A DNA stretch of 63,917 nucleotides, filler included, from Pirum gemmata (lineage: Eukaryota), in NCBI GenBank assembly GCA_002812295.1. It is 16 parts of 16 records of this genome, joined end to end, with 100 filler letters (N's around TTAATTAATTAA, not from the genome) between each part and the next. Parts side by side here need not be neighbours in the genome. Positions count along the whole stretch, not along the records: positions 12,258 to 15,979 come from PDIN01002028.1; positions 16,080 to 19,804 come from PDIN01002029.1; positions 19,905 to 23,603 come from PDIN01002030.1; positions 23,704 to 27,451 come from PDIN01002031.1; 12 more parts are not named here. One strand, 5' to 3'. Within the stretch, counting starts at the first letter, position 1. Each line of letters begins with the position of its first letter. Below, piece by piece: positions 12,508 through 23,846 of the stretch. Under the pieces are notes generated by a model, which had not been told where the DNA came from, did not search any database, and was given only the letters and a program-made list of their open reading frames with translations. A program made the translations under genes and the position numbers.

Positions 12508-14037
12508 ATAGTTATACTAGTAGATAATTAGTAGTATCTTGAATAGTAGTAGTAGTAGCGATAGTAGTAGTTAGTACATTTTTACTAATTACTTATTTAT
12601 ACAATCGATTTTGGTCAGTTTCGAACATTCCACTTTTTAATATGAAAACTGAGCTAGTAGTAGTAGTAGTTCTAATTTTAAAGTACATTTTAGTATTGTG
12701 TTTTTCATTTATTTTGTCAGTCTAAATATTTATTTGGGGGATTATAATATTTAAATTTACATTTTTAAATCAATACATAGATAATAAAATATACCAAATT
12801 TATTTGGGGGATTATAATATTTAAATTTACATTTTTAAATCAATACATAGATAATAAAATATACCAAATTGTATTTATTTGGTACTATTTATTGTATATT
12901 TCATGATGACAAAACAACTGAAAAGCACTATAGTATACTAACAAGTTTGAATGGGAACGAAAATTATCGAAACTCAAAAGAAGCAGTTTGATGTTCGTAA
13001 AAACGATGATTTGATATAACGTTAAGTTTAGACTGACGATTTTCGAGTTCCTTTAACATTGAAAATTAAAGAGCGTAAGTAAATGATGCAAGCTCGAAAA
13101 AATGAGTAAGCAGCTTGATGTAATGTTAAGAAACGAAACAATTTCGTCTTGTCGATATTTTGGCTCGAAATGAGCAATGACCGAAGCTCAAAACTGGAGA
13201 GTTTAAAGAAATAGTAAATTTGATAATAAAATTCAAAAAACGAATTTCGAATTTATTCGACATTGCAAAATTAACGAACACACGCAAATGGGTGTAGTTC
13301 GAAATGGATAGTTTGATGGGGAGGTAAGTAGGGCAGTTATGCAAGAAGATGCGGGGAAACCATCGAATCGAGACTAGTTGGAAACTTTCGAATGTTTTCG
13401 ATCTCATTTTAAGTATTGACTCACTTTTGATTTCATGAAAAAAATTTAAAAAATTATTAGAAATTTCATAGAAAAAACTTGAAACTCGAAAAAAAATTTC
13501 AAAATAATTAAGATCGAGCTGTTTGATTCGATTATATTTTCCCGTATATCTTAAGGTTTTTTTTTTATTTTTTTTTATTAGATTTTTTGTTTGTTTTGTT
13601 ATGGATATGTTTTTGAGAAACAAAAAACAAAAGCAAAACAAAAAAAACAAATTAGCCAATGCAGTTTTTGACCTATCACAAACATTAATTTCATACCACT
13701 GGGGAACTAATTGCATCATAGTGTACCCCCTTAGTTTGGTGATTACCTAAGACTACTCCTCGTACTTTTCTTTCAATTGGTTGACCATTACCATCATATT
13801 TAAAAAAAAATTTACCATACTCAAATTTTGTTATTGTTATTTAGAAATAGTTTATTATTGTGAATTTCATTTTTGTTTTAAAGTTCCCTCATTATTATTA
13901 ATTTGCTAACTTGAATTTTAAAATTGGTATTTTTTATATTTTAAAAAGTACACAAATAATAACAAAAATATCAATTTTCTCAATTTGTATCTATTAACTA
14001 ATAAATAATAATTTATTTAATCTAAATAACAAACCCC

Positions 14038-14196
14038 TCATTTCTCTAAATCTAACATTTTAGGTGGCGGTGGATTTTCAGAAGAACCTGGAGGACGTGC
14101 TCTTCTTGACCGTTGTTGTGGTTGTGCTTGTTGTGGTTGTGGTTGTGATTGTTGTGATTGTGGTTGTGGTGGTTGTTGTTCTTGTTCTTGTGTTGG

Positions 14197-14257
<61 letters not shown>

Positions 14258-15979
14258 ACTTGTTGTTCTAAATTTGTGCGAATTGCAGTATTAAAGGAGG
14301 GTAAGGGTGGGTTTTCGGAGGAAAAGGCCGAGGTTTTCTTTCTTCGTGAGGTTGTTGGTTTCGAAGTTGGTGAAGGGTCGGTTAACGATAATACTGGCTG
14401 CTCTTGTATAGGGGCCGGATTAGAATGTTTATAAAACTCTAAAGATGGTAACGGTGGATTTTCTGATGAGAATGCTTCGGTTTTCCTCCTTCTATTATAA
14501 TATTCGTAATACCGTAATAATAATAGTAATAATTGACAATATACAATAATAAAATAAAATAAGTTAGTTTTACTGATTATGTATAGGTTAGGGTTTTGGG
14601 GCTAGGGTTAGATTTAGGGTTTTGGGGCTAGGGTTAGGGTTAAGATTTTGGGGCTAGGGTTAGGGTTAGGGTTAGGGTTAGGGTTAGGGTTAGGGTTAGG
14701 GTTAGGATCAGGGTCAGGGTTAAGACTAGGGTTAGGAATAGGGTTAGGTTAGGGGTTAGGAGTTATAGAGTAATCAAAATCAAAATCATCAAAATCAAAG
14801 AAAAAGGAAAAAAACAAAAACAAAAACATAACAGTAATAATTAATAATATAGTAAAATAGTTTAGTTTTACTGATTATGTATGAATTACGGTTATGATTA
14901 GGGTTAGGGTTAGAGTTAGAGTTGGGGTTAGGGTTAGAGTTAGGGTTAGGGGTTAGCGAGTAAACAGAAACAAAACCAAAAACCAAAAACAAAACAAACA
15001 ACAAAACCAAAACCAAACCGAAACCGAAACCGAAACCGAAACCGAAACAAAAACCAAAAACCAAAAACCAAAAACCAAAAATAAAAATGAAAAACTAAAA
15101 ACCAAAAACCAAAAGCTTAAAACTAAAATAAAAACAAAACCAAAACCAAAACCAAAACCAAAACCAAAACCAAAACCAAAACCAAAACCAAAACCAAAAA
15201 ACAAAACCAAAAACCAAAAACCAAAACGAAAACCAAAACTGTACCTCGTTGTGGGCGAAGAATCGAAAGATGGCAAAGGGGGATTTTCTGATGAGAAAGC
15301 TTCTGTTTTCCTCCTCCTAGTTACAGACGGGGACCCCCCTGGGGAACGTTGAGGTGGTTGGTGGTGGTTTTGTTGTTGTTGTTGTTGTGAGTGTATTGAT
15401 TCTTGTGAAGATGGTACAGATCCTGTATTATTAAAATTAAAAGATGGCATAGGTGGGTTTTCGGAAGAAAAAGCTTGTGTTTTCCTCCTTCTCGTGGTAG
15501 GTGTAGTTGCAGTAGAAATGTTTGTATGACTATTAGAAAATTGCTGCTGTTGTTGTTGTGGCTGTTGTTGTTGCTGTTGTTTTTGTTGTTTTTGTTGTTG
15601 CTGTTGTTGTTGCTGTTGTTGTTGTTGTATATCTAGCGAATCTAAATTTGGCAAACTAACAAAATCATGAGGAGGAGGAGGATTTTCCGACGTAAAATTA
15701 CGTTGTTTGCGTCTAGTAGGGGGAAGGTTGGTAGGTGTTGACGGGTTCAAATTTGCAGGAGTCCCGTTCCCAGCCCCCGTTCCAGCTCTGACCCCCGAGG
15801 TTAAGTTTTCGAGAGATGAAGGAGGTAGCGGCGGGTGATCTAAAAAAGTTGTTGGGGGGGGAGGGGGAGATTCAGAGTTAAACATACCTCGTGCAGGTCG
15901 ACCTCTCCTACCACCACAACTACTTACTGGGATACTAAACACCCCAGTTGAGTCTTTATTATTATTATTATTATTATTA
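14038..15979 (-). CDS. 3' part of a disordered polyQ/Pro-rich protein with repeated RRKTxAFSSENPPxP motif (exons ..15245 and 14491-14038)
   Basis: Phase-2 intron 15244-14492 (gtac..atag) joins TTR-RRKTEAFSSENPP in frame; TGA at 14040-14038. 5' end lost at the contig edge. Confidence 0.85.
14585..14957 (+). repeat. Two interstitial (TTAGGG)n tracts inside an intron
   Basis: Perfect and degenerate TTAGGG runs at 14585-14765 and 14895-14957. Confidence 0.9.
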
Positions 15980-16081
15980 NNNNNNNNNNNNNNNNNNNNN
16001 NNNNNNNNNNNNNNNNNNNNNNNTTAATTAATTAANNNNNNNNNNNNNNNNNNNNNNNNNNNNNNNNNNNNNNNNNNNNAT

Positions 16082-16336
16082 AATAATAATAATAATAATA
16101 ATACTCTTGTCTGTACTAATTGTAAAAATGAAAAGAGTTTTGAATTTCAAATTTTGCCTACTATTTTTGATGGAATTACAATAGATGAGTTTAGCTTATC
16201 TAGTGTTGATTGGGTTACGGTATTGGTTTACACTTGTTGTGTTCCTGGTTGTAGTTTAGGAGAGTTCTATGAAGATTTTGTTGTAATAGAAATGGACCCT
16301 GATGCTGCTTTAATACATGATAAATTTGGAAAATAA
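16082..16336 (+). CDS. C-terminus of a PDCD2/PDCD2L (Tsr4-like) protein, PDCD2_C domain
   Basis: CTNCKNEKSFEFQILP...DWVTVLVYTC...C...YEDFVVIEMD matches the PDCD2_C pattern CxxC..FEFQLMP..DWGT..VYTC..EEFV. Confidence 0.85.
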   Translation, partial: NNNNNNNTLVCTNCKNEKSFEFQILPTIFDGITIDEFSLSSVDWVTVLVYTCCVPGCSLGEFYEDFVVIEMDPDAALIHDKFGK

Positions 16337-16559
16337 TACCCTACCAAATTATTTAAATTGCATCAAATATATTTATATATTATTGTTTTGGTATTTTTAT
16401 GGTGAAAAATTTTATGACAAAACAAATAAAAAGCACTATTAGTAAAAAATCTGAAGATGGAAAAATCTGAAGATGGAATTGAATCTAGAAGGGTATTTTT
16501 GTCAACTAAGGCATCTAGATTGGTATTTCTAGACTTTAAAACCATCGTAGGTATGGATA

Positions 16560-17290
16560 CATGGCCCTTTCTATGTATTGTTGTTGATGTAGTATTGTGG
16601 CGTGTTATGTGCGTGATATTTGGATACCGACGTATGTTGTGGGTGCGCCCATATTTTTGAGCGGGTATCGGCGTTGCAGTTGTGTTATTATTGTTTTGTC
16701 GGCGCCGTTGTGGTAGTAATCGTCAACGTATGTTAGCATGGTGTTGCCTGTTCCGTCTGTGTAGTTGTGTTCCTCCATGAATGCTTTAATGTCGTGGTAG
16801 TGTAGCATGGCTGATTCAGGTAGACCGTATAGTGCTATCCCTATTTCTATTACTGCTTGGTAGTCATTGTTCTTGTCGTAGTGTTGGCGTAGGTATGCTT
16901 GCTCCAGCGGTGGTAGTAGGTGTATGACTCTGTGCAGGTGTTGTGTGATCTACACTACCACGACATTAAAGCATTCATGGAGGAACACAACTACACAGAA
17001 TCACAAGTGGAACCATGCCTCTTCCACGACGGAACAACACCATGCTAACATACGTTGACGACTACTACCACAACGGCGCCGACAAAACAATAATAACACA
17101 ACTGCAACGCCGACACCCGCTCAAAAATATGGGCGCACCCACAACATACGTCGGTATCCAAATATCACGCACACAACACGCCACAATACTACATCAACAA
17201 CAATGCATAGAAAGGGCCATGCACAAACATCATCCCACACAAACACTACGATACACCACTACTGGCTTCAGAAAGCCGAGCATAAAATAA
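16560..17290. mobile_element. Ty1/copia reverse transcriptase fragments in inverted duplication
   Basis: Minus copy: ALYGLPES, YVDD, YVGIQI, LHQQQYIE. Plus copy: SQVEPCLF, YVDD, YVGIQI. Both are truncated or disrupted. Confidence 0.9.
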
Positions 17291-18591
17291 CAAACAAAAC
17301 TAATTAAATGTCCAACATCACAACACACACACTCGACACTCAAAATCACAACACGTTATCGTCTAGTCAAGTGTTTATTTATTATCTTTTATAGTTTGCT
17401 ATGATATCGTGTTTTTCAATAGTGTTGTTCGGTTCAAACAACTGAAATAAGCTTAAAAGCATACCAGATTATTATAACTATTATTATCATAACAAAACTA
17501 TCAGACATATTTTAATAAACAAGTTCAATTATACAATTAAACAGTACCAAATAATAAAGATCGAGAGAATAATTTATTTTTAAAAATATATGATAATATC
17601 CGATAACAAATAATTGGCTCCAAAAAATTTTTTTAAAAAAAGCTCGAAAGAATTTTTTTAAAACTACCCGGTAGACTATTCGAAAATATTTTTATAATAC
17701 GGCTTGTAGACTGTGGCATAGATCAAATCATCAAAATGACATTGTTTTTTTTTTTTTTTTTTTTTTTTATCTTTTTTTTTTTATAAAAAAAATATAACCC
17801 TCCCAATAAATATTTAGAGGGAAATTCAAAAAAGCCTCTCCAGCCTGCTCGAGAGCCCGCAAACTCAAATTTCTGCTGTCGAAAACAAAGCCGAAATCCT
17901 GTTCGAAAAATATTTTTTCCCATTTTTTCGGGTTTATTAATAAATAAATATACTTGAATACATAACTGTTAGCTTTAAATTTTCGAACTTATTTAATTAA
18001 TGCATAGGCTCGAAAACTCGATTTTTAAACAAAGGATGCCCATATTATTTTTTATAAAATTAAAATTGTGTTTGTCTTTCCATATTCTATCCATAACGCT
18101 ATTATTCATTCGGTTTAAAAGTTCAACCTATATATATTTCATACGTTTGAAATGTTTTTATTTTTTCAAGTGAAAGGGGTAAAAAATTCTTTTACATTTT
18201 TTTCATTAATAAATCCGAAATTCTATCCTATTCAAAAAATCAAGGTAATAAATCTTACATTTTTCATTAATAAATCCCGAAATTCTACCCTATTAAAAAA
18301 GGCAAGGCAATACAAATCTTAGAAAATCTCAGAACCTAATGAACATTTATTAATGACGTCATTATAAGTACTCTCATCTGACGCTTTCAAATGAAAATCA
18401 TAAGATTTAGATTTTAACATAAGCCATTAAAAATGGCAATCTAAAAAAGATATAATAAGTAAATGACGGCATTATTTTTTTGGAGAAAACAAAAGTTGAA
18501 TGTTTTTAGTCGATATGTTACCAAGTGTCAAAACCTTTATTTAGAAACGCAATTTTTGTTACAAAAAAAAAAAACCCAACCAGCAAACAGT

Positions 18592-18714
18592 AACCCTAAC
18601 CCTAAATGGAACCCTAGCTAGCTAGACCCTAACCCTCTAACCCTAACCCTAACCCCTAACCCTAACCCTAACCCTAACCCTAACCCCTAACCCTAACCCT
18701 AACCCTAACCCTAA
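18592..18714 (-). repeat. Interstitial (CCCTAA)n tract
   Basis: Direct reading; internal to the contig. Confidence 0.9.
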
Positions 18715-21700
18715 CTGTCAAACAGTGAGAAACACCACATTTTTTAAAAAATGAAAATAAAAAGATAATAAATATTAATAATAACAAATTAAATTATAAT
18801 AAAATGGCTTTATATTGTATTATTAATCTGGCACTACAACTGAAAAGACTATAACCACTGTAACTGATACAAGAAATAAACAAAAATTGTTAATTAACAG
18901 TTGTAAATATAAAAGCAATATTAATAACAAACCTAAATATAAAAGCGTTAAAATCAACTAAACAACAACAATTAATATTGCAACAAAAACAAACAACAAA
19001 TAACAAATAACAAACAACAAACACTAAACAACACCATCATCACCATTGTTACCATTGTTACCACTGTCATCACACACTATCAACACCACCAAAAACAACA
19101 ATAATAAAATGATTATATATAATAATAATAATATCATAAAAACAACACCAACAACAACTGTAGCAACTGCAACTACATCACACAATACAACGATCAATAA
19201 TGTTAATTAATTAGAAACTTTATATTAATAATTAACTATAATTATATAAATAACAAACAAAGCAAATTATTACAAACATCAACAACTATAAATATCAAAG
19301 TTCATTATATAAACAACAACAATTTCAACAACCATCATTATGTATTACTATATGTATTAATATGATCACCAACAATAACAAATTAGTATACGTAATAACG
19401 GCCATAATGAAAATAACAACAATAACACCAATAACAACGTTAACAATGTTAAAACAACTGCATAGATTACAGGGTAGGGTTATGTAAGCTTTTAAGCCTA
19501 GGGTAAGGTTAGGGTTTAATTAGGATTAAATTTATAATATAATTAGGTAAATTTAGGTTATATAATTATTGTTAGGGTTATATTAATAAGTAGAGTGGGG
19601 TTAGGGTTAAAACTGGTCGGGGTTAGCCCATCCGGTTAGGGTTACATATATATTGTTATTGTTATTGTCTTTGTTATTGTCTTTGTTATTGTTATTGTTA
19701 TTGTTATTGTTATTGTTATTGTTATCAGTATAGTTATTGTTATTATTGTTGTTATTGTTATTGTTATTGTTATTGTTATTGTTATTGTTATTGGTATTAA
19801 TATANNNNNNNNNNNNNNNNNNNNNNNNNNNNNNNNNNNNNNNNNNNNTTAATTAATTAANNNNNNNNNNNNNNNNNNNNNNNNNNNNNNNNNNNNNNNN
19901 NNNNAAATGGATAATAAAATATACCAAATTAAATAAAATGGATTTATATTGTATTAATTTGGTATTCTTTATTGTAATATTGTATGATGGCAAAACAACT
20001 GAAAAGCACTATAGCGTTTGATCTATATAGATGGGGGGTGTCATTTTCACTCTACGTAGCGTTTGATGCTAATAATATATAGGAATCATCCATAAAGGGC
20101 GTCACCTAATCTTACCTATGCCAGTCCTATGCCTCTTTGTCCAAAACACTTTTGGTCATAATTCTAAAGTTCATTTTAATAATTAATTACTGCCTAAAAC
20201 AGTTTAAATCACACTTTCGAGCAATGACTTCTATCAAAGAATAAGTGATGTTCTTTTTATAAATGAATGTTTCCCAGTGTGTCATTTTCACTGCTTTTTT
20301 TAGACTTGAAACTTAGCTAGCTAGCTAGAGGGAAGGGGGGATTTTATATCAAACTTTAGAAGACTTTTTTTATAGTTAGAAACATTATTTTTTCTAGTTA
20401 TTTTTGACTATATATTAATATATAAATATCATATAAAAATTTAATTCAAAAAAAAAACTTTAGTTTTTGTTTTTTGTTTTTTGCATTCCCCCTTTTCATT
20501 ATATTATTGTAGTTGTTATATTGTTGGGTGAATGAAGGTTTTTTATTTTTTATCGAAAAATTCGTAGTTTAGTTTGTTGTTGATGATGTTTTGATAGTTG
20601 TATGCTAATTTTAGTATTTGTTCCGTGTTGTTTTGTATTGGGGTCATGTTTTGCAGGGTGTTGATTGAGTGGGACTGTGGGTTATCCATTTTGGTTTTTA
20701 AAAGTTATTGTTGGTTTTGTTGTTGATAACGCTGTGTAATGAGTCGCTGGGGTTGTGTGTTGTATTGCAGGTGAATAAGGTTGGCAACTTGGCATTTCTC
20801 CTTGTTATGAGATTAGTGATCATATTGATACCTCTTTTGTTTTTGCGTCGTGTTTTAAAATATTGTCCTGTGTAAAAAAAAAGCTCATCGCACCAGCGAG
20901 ACGATTTAGACTTTACAGCATACTTACAGCAGCTGGTCTACAGTAAAAAATGACTAAAAAATGCCTGCCATGATTCCAGTGCGCATAACTACTAGATATC
21001 ATATAACTAGCTATCCTGATACTAGCTAGCTACTAGCTAGGCTTAAACCAGCTGTAGTACACTTGTAGTACCTAGCTAGACCGGGGTCTAGCTAGACTCT
21101 AGCTAGTAGAGAGCTATGATGGTGTCAAGTTCAAGCCTATCTATCGTGCTTTTTAGTTGTTTTGTCATCATAAAATATATAATAAAGAGTACCAAATTAA
21201 TACAATATAAATCCATTTTATTTAATTTGGTATAATATTATTTTATGATCTAATTATTAATTTAAAAATATCAATTTAAATATTATATAACTTATATAAC
21301 CAACAAAAAAATATTCAGAGTGACAAAATAAATGAAAAGCACAATAGCTATTTTAATAAATGTTTTTAATATAGTAGACTAGTAGGAGTCTATGTCAAGC
21401 TTGACTGGGCTTAATAACTACATATTTTTTAATAGTAGTCTAGAGAGGTCCAACTAGAAGTAGTTCTAGAAGTCTGTTATTTGTCCAGTTCAAAAACTGA
21501 AATAAACGTATACCAAATTATTAAAATGGTTGAACTATCAGAAATGTTTTAATTAATTTGGTATTTTATACTTAAAATTGTTATTTTATAAACAAGTTCA
21601 ATTACACACTTAATTAAACAGTACTAAATTAAAGATTGAGAGGACAACTGTGATGAAATAGACGATATAAAACGACAGATTAAAAAACGACAGATTAAAA

Positions 21701-21809
21701 CGATATTAAAATTACGAAAGCAAAAAATTTAATAACAGCTAGTCTACATAATATCGTTTATGATAACAACAATAGGCCCCCTATTTAATAGCGAAAGATT
21801 CTAGACTAA

Positions 21810-22200
21810 GGGAGTGTTCAATAATTACGTAACACGGGGTGGTAGGTTATGTAGGTGGGGGAGGGGGGTCGGATTTTTGTGACTCATCGTGACGCATTTA
21901 ATTATAGTAGGTAGGTAGATATTCGTAATATGACGTAACGCAATAATAATAATAATAATAAATAAATAAAGCCAAGGACTTCAAAAAAAGTCCTTGATAA
22001 AGCTTAATTAAACTTACGTTGAAGTCCTTGGTATTATTAATAATTTAGGGTACTATTTTTTCCAAATCGCTACGTCANNNNNNNNNNNNNNNNNNNNGGG
22101 GGGGGGGGGTAGTCCTTCTCATACGTGACCAGGTGTTACATTGGGGGTAGTAGGTAGGTTTTGGCCTCAAATTCGCGTTACGTAATTATTGAACGCTCCC
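21810..22200. mobile_element. PIF/Harbinger-type MITE
   Basis: TIRs gggagtgttcaataattacgtaac / gttacgtaattattgaacgctccc; TAA TSD at 21807-21809 and 22201-22203. Confidence 0.9.
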
Positions 22201-22757
22201 TAATTGTACTGTTTGTCCAAGTTGGTTCGTTCTCTCCCTCCAAATAAAGAGAAAAAACTATACATGAGTACAACATCAGAAAAACAATAGAAAGCTGAGC
22301 TGAAAACTGGTGCTATCAAAATTATATCACTTTTTACTAGTTTCGATATCTTTAGGTTTCGATATCTCGATAACTGGCTACTATTATTAATACTACTATT
22401 ATTTATCATTGTAGTTATAAATAATTAGACTCTTTCTAATAAAGAATAGTGATTTTCAGTTATTTTGTCGTCATAAAATATACAATAAATAGTACCAAAT
22501 TAATACAATACAAATCCAAATAAATGAAAAGCACGATACTTTGTGTACAGTAGTCATGTTGTTTCTATTTCCATACCTCATACTCAGATTACCTACTGAT
22601 TACCTCTCTAGCTAGTAGTTAGCTAGCTAGAGGTCCTATCATACCTGGACAGAGACTTTTGGCGGGGTAAACAGGTAATTATACGAAAACTGGTACTTTC
22701 AAATTACAAAAGTGCCAGTATTCGCACAAATTCACGCTTATGTATATGTATATAATT

Positions 22758-22867
22758 AAACGCTTTTACGACAATTGGCATTCTTATTTATGAATTTCGG
22801 AATAAAATCAGTTATAAAATCGTACCGAAATTCATAAATAAGAATGCCAATTGTCGTAAAAGCGTTT
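22758..22867. repeat. Perfect inverted repeat, 43-bp arms, 24-bp spacer
   Basis: aaacgcttttacgacaattggcattcttatttatgaatttcgg followed by its exact reverse complement. Confidence 0.9.
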
Positions 22868-23846
22868 GTCTATATACATGGAACCAGATTTGGGTCTTTC
22901 GGCCCTTGGTGGTTTCGTTTTCGAATCCAAATCTGGAACGATATTTCAATATTTGTGCACTACTACTACCATAGTAGCTATTTATACTTATTTATGTATA
23001 ATGACATAGTCTATTTAATATTATGATACTAAGTCATTATAATTTATAAATAACATCAGCACATTACTCATTCAAATAAAAATATTTTTCCAGGAGTTTT
23101 TCCCCCAATAATAGTAAGGGTTTTCCCAGTGGGCTGCACTGCTTCTTTTTGTTTGTTAATTTTTTTTTACAAATTCTATAAAGCTATGATTATAAGGGGA
23201 TTAATTTATATTAATTTACAATAATGTTTTGTATTAGCCAGCCTCTTAAAATACGTTTATTGAGGCATTTCACTCTCAACGTTTTTTTAGCATAATATTG
23301 ATTTCATAATTAGATTTCTCTTTGTGTATCAATGTTTAATTACTATGGAAACCAACCAGGTTTTAATAATCTCATTCTGATTCCCATTCAGAACTTAATT
23401 CTTTTGATAGTATTACATAATCTTTTGCATTAGGGTCACTAACATCTGTTGTGTATCTAATATACATACAAATACATACACAGCAACAACACAATATTAA
23501 TTGTGTAAGTGAACAAGGAATTTGCAACAAAGCTATAGAAGTAATAAAAAAACAGATCATATCAAAACAAAAGGAAGAATAACAATGATAATAATAATAA
23601 TAANNNNNNNNNNNNNNNNNNNNNNNNNNNNNNNNNNNNNNNNNNNNTTAATTAATTAANNNNNNNNNNNNNNNNNNNNNNNNNNNNNNNNNNNNNNNNN
23701 NNNATTATTATTATTATTATTATACATCTTCATGTTAATCACCATTATTATTCACTAGTCTTTTTAGTTATCTATTCTTTTTAGTTGTCATTTATCATCA
23801 TTATTATTTATTAATTTATTATCATTTTCAATACAAATTTCAATAG

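Noticed and set aside
20540..20870. LINE 3' fragment on the minus strand
   Set aside because: A/C-rich composition and a short open frame only; no motif support.
23040..23560. Minus-strand exon or pseudogene
   Set aside because: Short open stretch followed by many stops; no family recognised.
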